NCBI GenBank assembly: GCA_018649885.1
Contig: JABIHA010000028.1
Location: forward strand, 1-64,000
DNA: 64,000 bases
Source: Bacteriovoracaceae bacterium
GTDB taxonomy: Bacteria; Bdellovibrionota; Bacteriovoracia; Bacteriovoracales; Bacteriovoracaceae
Direction of reading: 5' to 3'
Positions 1-9,415 of this stretch are shown here, one piece after another. Within the stretch, counting starts at the first letter, position 1. Every line of letters starts with the position of its first letter. The position numbers were made by a program, and so were the translations under genes. The notes under the pieces are model-generated. The model made no database searches and was not told the origin of the DNA. It saw nothing but the letters and a program-made list of their open reading frames with translations.

Positions 1-158
1 CAGCAATGTTTTTTAGATCATCAAATGACATGTTAAAATATTGGCAGAAAAATTACGATTGGCCAAATAATATAAATGACATAGGGCCGCACCGGCAAAA
101 AGATAGAAGGGCCCGACAACTTATTGGGCAGTTACGAGAGGAGAGGGATTATCTTTAG
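1..158 (+). CDS. Partial CDS (3' end), hypothetical protein
   Basis: Open frame from the window edge (AMFFRSSNDMLKYWQKNYDW...EERDYL) to TAG at 156-158. Confidence 0.6.
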   Translation, partial: AMFFRSSNDMLKYWQKNYDWPNNINDIGPHRQKDRRARQLIGQLREERDYL

Positions 159-171
159 AACTGAAACTGTA

Positions 172-209
172 AACTGAACGGTGCACAGTTAACCGTGTAC
201 CGTTCAGTT
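172..209. terminator. Long inverted repeat between convergent genes; probable bidirectional terminator or REP-like hairpin
   Basis: AACTGAACGGTGCAC-AGTTAACC-GTGTACCGTTCAGTT, 15-bp arms with one G-T pair. Confidence 0.6.
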
Positions 210-226
210 GGTAGGGTTTAAGGCTT

Positions 227-1072
227 TTAGATTTTTTGTTTTTTATCACTTTGATAAAACCAAAAAGTCAGGCCGGTAATTCCAGATACGGTGTGATCTT
301 TGATATGGAGGGGAGAGTCCTTATTTGAGGCATGGTCGTAACTTGTCATGACGGCGCCTCCAAAGACTGACCACTTTTTTAAAAAATTGAAAATGAAAAA
401 GGTTGAAAGTGTTATGGACATATTTCCACCTTTGGCCTCATAGCTGGGCCTAAGCGCTCCGGACTCTCGTCCTTTAACCCTGTAAAAATGGTTATGGTAA
501 TCTTTTGTTGCCCAAGTGGCCGAGAGGCCATTGAACACAGTGAGGTTTTTGTGGATTTTATACCATCCAAAGAGTAGGGGATGAAGCACATAACCTTTGT
601 GTTTTGTATGTTTAAAGTCTGAGCTGATCGCAATTCTAGTTCCGAGGTTGAGAGAAAGAGTGTATCTGCGTCCTTTTTTGGCGGGGATAAAATGGTAGAT
701 AACTCCAGGGCCGAGTTCAAAAAGTGGATCTAAATTATCCATGCCATATCTTGAGGGGACATCGTCACTATTGACCGGAAGAGAAAAGCCTACCGATGTG
801 TTGATTTCAAATCTTTCATTCGAAAAGAATCTTCCTCGCATACCTCCATCCTCATCGGCCCGGACCTTGTCACCTCTAAAAATAAAAGCTGGGTAGGGAA
901 GGACAAAATTTCTTCTTTTGGAGGCCCCGGGATAGTAGGGGAAATTGGCCCAACCAATACCTAGTCCGGCTTCCATGACAGGGAGGTTTTCTTGGTCAAG
1001 TCGATAACTTTGGGCCATGGAAGCACTAATAAAAATAAAAAATGATATAAAAAAAATAGAGATTAATTTCAT
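227..1072 (-). CDS. MipA/OmpV family outer-membrane protein (MltA-interacting type)
   Basis: Signal peptide; PYYPGA..RNFVLPYP, R.GMDNLD..FELGP and ATKDYHNHFY.V...RPSYEAKGG motifs typical of MipA; ATG at 1072. Confidence 0.8.
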   Translation of the reverse strand: MKLISIFFISFFIFISASMAQSYRLDQENLPVMEAGLGIGWANFPYYPGASKRRNFVLPYPAFIFRGDKVRADEDGGMRGRFFSNERFEINTSVGFSLPVNSDDVPSRYGMDNLDPLFELGPGVIYHFIPAKKGRRYTLSLNLGTRIAISSDFKHTKHKGYVLHPLLFGWYKIHKNLTVFNGLSATWATKDYHNHFYRVKGRESGALRPSYEAKGGNMSITLSTFFIFNFLKKWSVFGGAVMTSYDHASNKDSPLHIKDHTVSGITGLTFWFYQSDKKQKI

Positions 1073-1297
1073 CAAGAATTTATTTCCCCCAATTGTGTTT
1101 TATTGTATCAGGATTTAGTGAATCAAGAGAATTGAAATAGCTAGCTTTAGAACTGTCCTTTGGAATAACTATAAGGTAAGGCCACCAAAGTTTAATGGAT
1201 TTAGAGAAATCAAATTTTTCATACTCTCATGTTAAGAAAGTGTGATCTTATTGGTAATGGTTGCTTCTGAGCAGCAAAGTTTCAATTTAAATTAAAG

Positions 1298-1372
1298 ATG
1301 GAACAAAGAGATCCTGATGGTAATAATGTAGAGGTCGGCTTCCGAATGAAAATTAATAATAAGGATTGTTAA
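1298..1372 (+). pseudogene. Possible C-terminal remnant of a VOC/glyoxalase gene
   Basis: Frame reads MEQRDPDGNNVEVGF..., matching the VOC C-terminal DPDGNxxE motif; stop abuts the next ATG; no N-terminal part. Confidence 0.3.
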
Positions 1373-1738
1373 ATGATAGAGTCATCATGCCATTGTGGAA
1401 TTCTTAAAATTCAAATTGATGCAGAAGTTCCTGCAACACTTACTTCTTGCAGTTGTAGTATTTGTAGTCGTTATGGAAGTTTAATGGCCTATTTTTCAAG
1501 TGAAAATGTGAAAATCTCAGCTGTGCCAAGCTCCGTTCAAAAATATTGCTGGGGAGACGAGCAAATAGCATTTGTTAGGTGTTCAAAGTGTGGATGTTTG
1601 AGCCATTGGGAGAGTTTAGACCCCAAGGGAGCAGATCGTATGGGAGTTAATGCACGACTTTTTACCAATGTAGATATTGAGAAAATTCAAGTAAGACGAT
1701 TTGATGGAGCCGATACTTGGAAGTTTTTAGATAAGTAA
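1373..1738 (+). CDS. GFA/CENP-V family Zn-binding protein
   Basis: CHCG, CSCSIC and CSKCG motifs; C-terminal GVNAR..FDGA. Confidence 0.9.
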   Translation: MIESSCHCGILKIQIDAEVPATLTSCSCSICSRYGSLMAYFSSENVKISAVPSSVQKYCWGDEQIAFVRCSKCGCLSHWESLDPKGADRMGVNARLFTNVDIEKIQVRRFDGADTWKFLDK

Positions 1739-1981
1739 AATGAACAGTGTACTAAAGCTTATTAGGCAATATTTTGGGTCCCAATGGTAGTACAGGCACA
1801 GTGGGGACATTGCGCACTTACTGGTGCAAAATAGTCAGATAGCCTATAAATAATATTTAAATTTCCATAATTTTTATTGAACCTTTCAATAGCTCTTATT
1901 GAATTTACTGGTACAGAACTTGAAATAACTTATGTAAGAAACCTTGTGGTTTCTACGAAATTTATTTACCAGGGACGGAAA

Positions 1982-4900
1982 ATGAGACACCTAAAAGCAA
2001 TTCTTCTTTCACTTATTCTTTCATCACTAGTATTTATGGGTGGATGTAATAGTGGCGGTGGTGGAGGTAGTGCCGGAGGCGGTGGGACTGCTGCTCCAGT
2101 GGTACCAGCACCTGCTGTAGAGACTGCTGCTATTGAGCCAGATCTTAATGCACTTGAGAGCGTTCAATATACTTTTGAAGATGGAAGTCTTGTGGGAAGT
2201 TATGAATTAACAGAAGACACCGCGAATGCTGAAGATATAAATTATCAAGTTTATTGGACCGTTGGGGAAGAGGTTTATCAGGGAGCGAGTTTATCACTAG
2301 ATAAGCTCAGAAAAGATGAGCAAGTCATCTTCTTTGCAAATGCTGTTAAAGGATCCAGTATTCAAAGTCTTGGAACAACACCTTTTATTTCTCCTGGTTT
2401 TATTGACCTCGAGTTTAGTGAGCTTGAGGCAGATGAAGATCAAATTTACATAACACTCGGAAATATAGGAGATGGCAATGAAAACCTTTTCTCCACGCAA
2501 ACTAACTTTCAATTTACTCTTCAATTTATGAAAACAGAAGATAGTGAAGGCAATATTGTTGAACTGGACCCAGAAGAATACACACTGCTCTCTTCAGCAA
2601 ATGAAATTATTGAAGCAGGAAGTACTAAGAGGATTGCCTTCTCAAAAGATAAAATGCTTTCACTTTACAATGCAAGGGAGCCGGATTCTCAATTGTCATT
2701 TCATTTCAAAGTTCAAATTGATGGAGAAAATAGAATTAATGAGGCCTCAAAGGAAAATAATGATTTTGAAGGAACAATTGCCCTATTCAGTGGTAGTGAG
2801 CGATTTGATGCCTCCATTGAGAGTGTATTAGAAAGTGATGAGAATATCCAGATTACGCTTTCTAACAACGGTCTAAGTGCGATTGATGAAGGAGTTCTTC
2901 TTCAGCTTGATATTTATAATCAAAATAGTGAAAAAATTCATACAAGAGACCATGTTGTAGATTCACTTTTAAGAGGGGAGAATCAAGTTATAACTCTAGC
3001 GAAAAATGATCTTAGTATTTATGCCCTTGAAAACCATATATTTGATCTTATCCTTAAAGACTTTGGTATAGGTAGGGATAAGAATCCTGAAAATGATTCT
3101 CTAACCAGTGAAGTTCTCATCACTTCAGTTAATCCTCCAAGAGACCTTGAAGTATTGGCCTTAAACTACAATTTTGGAAATGGACAAGGAATAGTTCAGG
3201 TTAAAAACAATTCACCTATTGAAGTATCCTCAATTAGTCTTGGGGTTGTATCAGGTAGTAATTCCCTTTTAAATAATAGTGACCTTACATTGAGCGCGAT
3301 GGAAACTCGTGAAATAAGCTTTACTGCAAGTTCTGAGCAACTTTCAATTGCAGGGGGCACGTCAAGTATTGGTGCCACTTTAAGTGTGAGCGGTTTTGAA
3401 GAAACTAATACTGAGAATAATTCAAAAGAAATTTCTTTCAATACTCCCGTTAGTGATTTAAAAATCCTGAGTCTTTTTACGTCCCAGGGAGATATCGGAG
3501 TTCAGTACAAAGTAATCTCTGGGTTACCTGGACAGCAAAATATTTTAACTGTGATGATTAATGGTGAACCTAAGGTTATTAACTTACCCTCAATAGAAGA
3601 GGGAAATACTGGGTACTATTATTATTTGAATGCAGATATTTACAATGATTTTTCTTACCTTGATAGTTACTACTATAATTTAGTTAATATAACGATTTCA
3701 CCACTAGATTCTTCAATTAAGATGATTAACACACAAGATGATTCCAGATCACTCTATGAAAGAATTCCTGAATATGCATTTGATTTTGCCATAAACTCAA
3801 TGAATATTGAAAATGGCAATCTCACTTTAAACTATTCGGTAGACAAGAGAAGAGATCTTACAATCAATGATGGCACAGTTGAAATCTCAATTGAGATAGC
3901 GGGACAAACTAAAGAGTATAATGTATCTCAAACCTTTCTTAGTGGATCTACTAGCGGCTCGCTTCAACTAGATCTACATGATGAGTTTAATCTTAGTTTA
4001 GATAATGAATATTACCTAAATGCAACTATAGACTCAAATGAATTTTTTGATGAAATTGAAGAATACAATAATCGTTATAGTGAGAATTTTGATTCAAGAT
4101 CATCGCCTCTTTCTAATCTTGTGATTAAAGAAATGCGTAGTGAGGATAAAGATTTCTTTGTCACTGTTGGTACCAACGAAGGAGAGTGTAAAAATAGAAA
4201 CTCTTGCAATGATGTAACTTTAACTGTGTTCACAAAAGATGAAAGTGGTGGTGTTGATAGAACACTGGATTCTTCATCATTTAATCTTCAAGCGGTTGAT
4301 AGAGAAGTTGAAATTTCTCTAAGTAGTTTTAATTTTCATTACGGCGATGAAGAGACTATTTTTGTACGGATAAATAAAAATGATGCAAGTATTGATGACA
4401 ATGAAGGCCAATACGCATTTTCTTATCATCCAAAAAAAGATCTAGAGATTGTTGATATGAGAATCTCTGAAGATGAATCAGCACTAGAGTTTGTCATCAG
4501 AAATAATGGTACGCAGAGAACTCAAATTGATTACATCGTTGTCGATATTGAAGGAGCAGCGGCCAGTCAGGTTTCATCTGCGAGATATCAAACTCTAGAC
4601 CCCTTTGAAGAAAGAATCTTTAATCATCCTCTTACTAGTTTTTATGTTCCCTATCAAATAGAGGCGCATTCTATAAGTGCTAGGATAAAGTCTTCAAATT
4701 GGTCCGATCAAGTGGGAGGCAACAATACGCTAACAAAAGACGTGGCCATTCCATATCTTGACTTTGAGGTTGTCGATCTTACATTTGAAGATGAAAAAAT
4801 TGTTGTCTATGTGAAAAATAATGGAACTCACAGTGGTGTTGAAGTAAGTACTATTATGGAGGTGCGCCGGCACAATTTTGGCTCAATAAACTATCGTATA

Positions 4901-7528
4901 ACGAGTATTGGTAGAGGAGAGCCTGTAAGAATTGAGATGGATGAAAACCAAATGGAACGCCTAGGTCTTAACGGCCATTATGGCAACTTCAATTTTACTG
5001 TGAAGATAAATGCAAATAAGGACATCAGAGAGCCTGACTATGATAATAATAATTTTGAAAAACAAATTGACTTTCCTTACCCTGAACACAACTTGGTCAT
5101 TGAGGAACTTGGAATATCCTATGTAACAACCTCCATATATTTTCAACCTAAAGTAGTTGCAGAGGGGGAGAGTTGTATTAATCCTGAAATTTGTGATAGT
5201 GCACGACTAATCGTTTATACAAAAAATGAAGATGGATCTGTCAAAACATCTAAGACATGGAATAGTGGAATTTATACCACTGGATCAAGTTTTTATACCA
5301 ATGCTCAGGAATTAGAGCTAGAGCCTTATGTTTCCACTGAGGTTTTCTTTAAAATTGTGGCAGATGATGCTAATCAAGAAGACAACGAAGTATCAACGAT
5401 CATATCATTTAATTTTGCAAGAGATCTTTCAATCAATGACTTTTCTTATGATAAAGGCAAGGAAGAGTTCACGGTTATTGTTGAGAACAAAGGCAGAGAA
5501 GAAGTAAGAATTGAGAGAATGTATATTACACCTCGTATTGGAAACAACCAAAGAACCACCCGAGTTTTACATGGTACAAATGATCCATTTGAACCAGGCG
5601 AGATTAGAGAAATAAAATTTGGTCTAGGGTGGATTGACTATGTCATGGGGGCCGAGGATAGCACGGTTAGTATATCCATTGGACTTCCCGATAGTGATGG
5701 AAATACTATCAATAACTCAAAAACGATTACAGCTGATCTGCCTCACAATGATTTCGAATTGACAGATTTCTATGTAGATGGGCACGAAATCGTGGCCTTG
5801 GTCCAAAACAATGGAGACTCTCTCAAGGCGGGTAGACATATCACAGTAAAAGTTAAATCTCCAACCAGTTATGAATATGCCTCTATTTTTGAATTCGCAG
5901 AAGGTGAGTCAAAAGAAGTACGTTTTTCAAGTGATCAGTTTTTACGTATTGTAGGAGAGGATAGTGTGGTTAGAACAATTAGTGTATCAATTAATCCACT
6001 AATGGAAGGCCAAACATCCGGTCCTGAAGATGATTATCGAATTTTTGAAGAGAGCACATACCTTAATAATAAAATTGAGAAAAATCTAACCACTCCTGAT
6101 TTTAGGCCAGACGTTAGAATTGTTAATGCTGAGGCCAATGGAGAGATATTAGCTGTTACTTTAGAAAATATTGGTGTTGTTCCTTGGCGTACCATAAGTC
6201 GGCTACTAATAACTTCTGAAGATGGTGTGGCCATTACAGTTAATGATTTCACCTTTATCATGCCTAATGAGCAAGGCGTGATAACAGTAAATATGTCTGA
6301 GCTCAATGCTAGAGAAAATATTGACTACAATTTTACATTTACAGCTGACTTTGAAAATACAGCAGAAGAGTTAAATGAAGAAAATAACTCTTTAACTAAA
6401 ACAGTGAGATTCACTGACATTCCAAAACCTGATCTAGTGGTTGAAAATATTGAAATTAGAGATTTTGAATTAGGGATTAGCTATAAAAACTTAGATAGCA
6501 CTAACTCTCTTTCACATTTCCGTTTATTTAATTTAATTGTTCGAGCGGGTGACTTTGAGAGAACCTTTGAAGACCTTTCAATTCCAAGAGAGAATATTAC
6601 TGGTAAAATCAAAATATTAATTCCTGAACTTGATATACTAAGAGGTCAAAATGTAGACTTTGAAGTAGTAATCGATAGCGCTGATAGCATTGGTGAATCT
6701 AATGAAGATAATAACACCACTATTGTAAATTTAGATATCCCAGAAGTTGGGTTGCCTGATCTTATAATTTCACAACATTTTCTACAAACATCTTATAGCG
6801 GTTTAACTTACTTACTGGTAGAAAATATAGGGAGCGAATACTTTGAAATGAATTCTTCTACTCAAATGCCAATCCTAATCTCAGGAAAGGACAATGTTTT
6901 TAATTTAAACTTTGGTTCTAATAAAGAAGTTCTCATTCCAGGGAAGAAGTGGTTATTTCATGTGCAGTCTCAATTCTTCTACTCTTCTTCGCAGGAAGAG
7001 AAAACTGAGCAGGCTTACATGGTAGTGCTTGATCCAAATGAGGTAATTGTTGAGTCTAATGATGAAAATAATACTCACAGTCTAACTTACTATAAAAGTC
7101 CAAGTGAAGGAGTTCAGGTTAATGATGAGAATTGCCCTCGAAATTTTATTTTTACTCAGGTAAGGGCCATAAATGAAATTAAGAAGGTTGAACTCGCATT
7201 TAGCTATGAAAGTGTTTGTGATGCCAAGGGACTTAATACAGAGATTCGCCTGCATCGTGCCAATGGAAAAGTTAAACAACTCTGGATTAACTCAAATCGT
7301 ATTTTCGAAAATGGACAACATTACACTCTTTATGTTGATTACAAGGACTTTATAAGTGAGTTTAAAAATCATGGACGATCTCAGGGATACCAAGTTGAAT
7401 CAATTACACCTAATCTAAATTTTAACGTTAGAGATGAGTATAACGAGTTTGATAACATTCTCGATTACACTGAACTTAACGATACTTTGAGAGAATACGC
7501 CATAGAAAAACAAATTATTGTTCAATAA
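1982..7528 (+). CDS. Giant acidic lipoprotein with tandem CARDB-like Ig domains
   Basis: MRHLKAILLSLILSSLVFMGG-C lipobox then Gly/Ala/Pro linker; more than 10 units bounded by (P)DL.(I/V) and E.NE.NN motifs; ATG at 1982 preferred over TTG at 1877. Confidence 0.75.
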   Translation: MRHLKAILLSLILSSLVFMGGCNSGGGGGSAGGGGTAAPVVPAPAVETAAIEPDLNALESVQYTFEDGSLVGSYELTEDTANAEDINYQVYWTVGEEVYQGASLSLDKLRKDEQVIFFANAVKGSSIQSLGTTPFISPGFIDLEFSELEADEDQIYITLGNIGDGNENLFSTQTNFQFTLQFMKTEDSEGNIVELDPEEYTLLSSANEIIEAGSTKRIAFSKDKMLSLYNAREPDSQLSFHFKVQIDGENRINEASKENNDFEGTIALFSGSERFDASIESVLESDENIQITLSNNGLSAIDEGVLLQLDIYNQNSEKIHTRDHVVDSLLRGENQVITLAKNDLSIYALENHIFDLILKDFGIGRDKNPENDSLTSEVLITSVNPPRDLEVLALNYNFGNGQGIVQVKNNSPIEVSSISLGVVSGSNSLLNNSDLTLSAMETREISFTASSEQLSIAGGTSSIGATLSVSGFEETNTENNSKEISFNTPVSDLKILSLFTSQGDIGVQYKVISGLPGQQNILTVMINGEPKVINLPSIEEGNTGYYYYLNADIYNDFSYLDSYYYNLVNITISPLDSSIKMINTQDDSRSLYERIPEYAFDFAINSMNIENGNLTLNYSVDKRRDLTINDGTVEISIEIAGQTKEYNVSQTFLSGSTSGSLQLDLHDEFNLSLDNEYYLNATIDSNEFFDEIEEYNNRYSENFDSRSSPLSNLVIKEMRSEDKDFFVTVGTNEGECKNRNSCNDVTLTVFTKDESGGVDRTLDSSSFNLQAVDREVEISLSSFNFHYGDEETIFVRINKNDASIDDNEGQYAFSYHPKKDLEIVDMRISEDESALEFVIRNNGTQRTQIDYIVVDIEGAAASQVSSARYQTLDPFEERIFNHPLTSFYVPYQIEAHSISARIKSSNWSDQVGGNNTLTKDVAIPYLDFEVVDLTFEDEKIVVYVKNNGTHSGVEVSTIMEVRRHNFGSINYRITSIGRGEPVRIEMDENQMERLGLNGHYGNFNFTVKINANKDIREPDYDNNNFEKQIDFPYPEHNLVIEELGISYVTTSIYFQPKVVAEGESCINPEICDSARLIVYTKNEDGSVKTSKTWNSGIYTTGSSFYTNAQELELEPYVSTEVFFKIVADDANQEDNEVSTIISFNFARDLSINDFSYDKGKEEFTVIVENKGREEVRIERMYITPRIGNNQRTTRVLHGTNDPFEPGEIREIKFGLGWIDYVMGAEDSTVSISIGLPDSDGNTINNSKTITADLPHNDFELTDFYVDGHEIVALVQNNGDSLKAGRHITVKVKSPTSYEYASIFEFAEGESKEVRFSSDQFLRIVGEDSVVRTISVSINPLMEGQTSGPEDDYRIFEESTYLNNKIEKNLTTPDFRPDVRIVNAEANGEILAVTLENIGVVPWRTISRLLITSEDGVAITVNDFTFIMPNEQGVITVNMSELNARENIDYNFTFTADFENTAEELNEENNSLTKTVRFTDIPKPDLVVENIEIRDFELGISYKNLDSTNSLSHFRLFNLIVRAGDFERTFEDLSIPRENITGKIKILIPELDILRGQNVDFEVVIDSADSIGESNEDNNTTIVNLDIPEVGLPDLIISQHFLQTSYSGLTYLLVENIGSEYFEMNSSTQMPILISGKDNVFNLNFGSNKEVLIPGKKWLFHVQSQFFYSSSQEEKTEQAYMVVLDPNEVIVESNDENNTHSLTYYKSPSEGVQVNDENCPRNFIFTQVRAINEIKKVELAFSYESVCDAKGLNTEIRLHRANGKVKQLWINSNRIFENGQHYTLYVDYKDFISEFKNHGRSQGYQVESITPNLNFNVRDEYNEFDNILDYTELNDTLREYAIEKQIIVQ

Positions 7529-7672
7529 ATACAATCATAGTCCCGTTAAAGTAGGGGAATTGTTTAGTTCCAAGTTATTGAAACGTCACAAACCTTCTCC
7601 TACTTTTTGAGAGACTTTACTTGTCCATTGAGTCATTTTAGGGCTATATTAGCATCCTTTCAGGGGGGAGAT

Positions 7673-8770
7673 ATCAAAGCTCTTAAGCTCATTAGCCTCA
7701 TTCTACTTAATACTCAATTGATATTTGCAGCGGCCATTGTGGACAAAGAAACTGTGCTTTGGAAGGGGGGAATCATTTTCTACAAGATAGATTCTGGCTT
7801 TGCTCACACAGATAAACTTCAATTGGCGATGGAATATTATGAAAGAAATACTCCTATTAAGTTTGTGGAAAGGACCTCGGAAAAACTCTACGTTACTTTC
7901 AAAGGAGGAAGTGGATGTAAGGCAAATATTGGTATGCCATCTACGGCAAATGCTGTTGTATTCAGCGATACCTGTACATATAGATCTTACCTCCATGAAT
8001 TAGGCCACTTAACAGGATTATTCCACGAACAATCAAGAAAAGATCGTGATCGTTTCATTAAAATAAATTGGGGTAATATTAATAGCTCAGATAGGGACCA
8101 TTTCAAAAAATATTCTACCATGACGACACCAGGTCGAGATTTTCAGGCCTATGATTACAACTCTATAATGCATTATGAAGAGGATGCATTTTCAAAAAAT
8201 GGTGGTTTAACTATCGAGAGAAAAGATGGAGGCGTTCTAAATCCCTTTCAAGATCGGTTGACTACAACAGATTTGAAGGCGGTTAAATACCTATACAAGG
8301 CCTATATCTCACACTCATGCGTAGTGCTCAGACCAAATCGACTAACAGTAAGTTATCGTGCTCCATCATGGCAGGTAAAAGACGGAAATAAGAGATATTT
8401 TAAATTTAATCAAAAGAAAAATGCCCTGGCGGCACTTGAGGTCATACAACATTTTAACCTAAAATATCTTTGTCATACTGGCGTTGGTCAAAAACGGGTA
8501 TCATTTTTCAAAAACCAATCTCTAAATGCACCCTCAGGTAATTTAAGCTTTAGCGAAAATTGCACAAATTTTTCAAACTTAGGTCTAGATGTGAAAATGT
8601 ATGGTGCCTCCAAAATTGGAATTTTTGATAAAAATAGCAACCGAATTCTAGGGTTTGGAAAAGACGTGAAAAGTAGCTACACCGCCTTTCGATTTTTAAA
8701 AGATCAAGTTATCAGGAAAAAATGCCTTATAGGCCTAAAAAAATCTGGGTTTATTTATTGGAAACGCTAG
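7673..8770 (+). CDS. Secreted astacin-family (M12A) metalloprotease with duplicated Cys-bounded C-terminal domain
   Basis: HELGHLTGLFHEQSRKDRD zinc motif and SIMHY Met-turn; start uncertain (ATC 7673 after GGGGGGAG, or TTG 7607). Confidence 0.9.
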   Translation: MKALKLISLILLNTQLIFAAAIVDKETVLWKGGIIFYKIDSGFAHTDKLQLAMEYYERNTPIKFVERTSEKLYVTFKGGSGCKANIGMPSTANAVVFSDTCTYRSYLHELGHLTGLFHEQSRKDRDRFIKINWGNINSSDRDHFKKYSTMTTPGRDFQAYDYNSIMHYEEDAFSKNGGLTIERKDGGVLNPFQDRLTTTDLKAVKYLYKAYISHSCVVLRPNRLTVSYRAPSWQVKDGNKRYFKFNQKKNALAALEVIQHFNLKYLCHTGVGQKRVSFFKNQSLNAPSGNLSFSENCTNFSNLGLDVKMYGASKIGIFDKNSNRILGFGKDVKSSYTAFRFLKDQVIRKKCLIGLKKSGFIYWKR

Positions 8771-8796
8771 GCCCAGGGCACTGGCAAATATGATAT

Positions 8797-9159
8797 TCAT
8801 AAACAAAAAAGATAAAAATGGTCTTTCTTAAAACGACTATTTAAAAGCGCTTGTTGATAATCCATCTTGTTTAAAGTGTAAAAAATCTTTAGCTCCTCAA
8901 AAACCTTGCTTAGGAGTGTTCTAGCAAGCTGCCTTACTTCAATTTCAAATTGGCGTTGTTTGATAATAGATGAAAATGCTTGATAACCGCTTAGAAAGTA
9001 TTTTTCCATGCAGCCAAAACAGTTTTGTTTTTCACCACAAGACTTCAAGAGAAGGGTCGTTTGAAAAATTTGCTCAAGACATTCAAGTCTTGTAGAGAGA
9101 TCACCGCATTCTATTCTCTGCCATGCCTTCTCAAAGTTCTCAGTCCAACTGTCCTGCAT
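8797..9159 (-). CDS. Hypothetical helical protein
   Basis: 120-aa ORF with purine-rich AAGGAAG upstream; no recognised motif. Confidence 0.6.
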   Translation of the reverse strand: MQDSWTENFEKAWQRIECGDLSTRLECLEQIFQTTLLLKSCGEKQNCFGCMEKYFLSGYQAFSSIIKQRQFEIEVRQLARTLLSKVFEELKIFYTLNKMDYQQALLNSRFKKDHFYLFCL

Positions 9160-9415
9160 ACCACTTCCTTTTAAAAAATTACGACCAAGTGAAAAGGGTG
9201 GGACATATTTGAATTTTAAGCATGATGCTTAGGAGACATGTTTGTAAATTGAGAGTCATTGCAATAACAGTACATTCTTCTCACTTGGCCTTAACTGAGA
9301 GTAGTGTATTACATGGGGTTTGGTATGGCAAACATTTGTTTGGTGCGCGATATCTCGCAGCGCTCTGAGAGCCTATTCTGAAATTGTTTAGCTCAGGCGC
9401 CAATGCCGTAGTAAA

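Noticed and set aside
9340..9412. TPP riboswitch (GGTGC...CTGAGA...AATGCC-GTAG)
   Set aside because: Lacks the CCTGAT core and GGGA end, and no plus-strand gene follows
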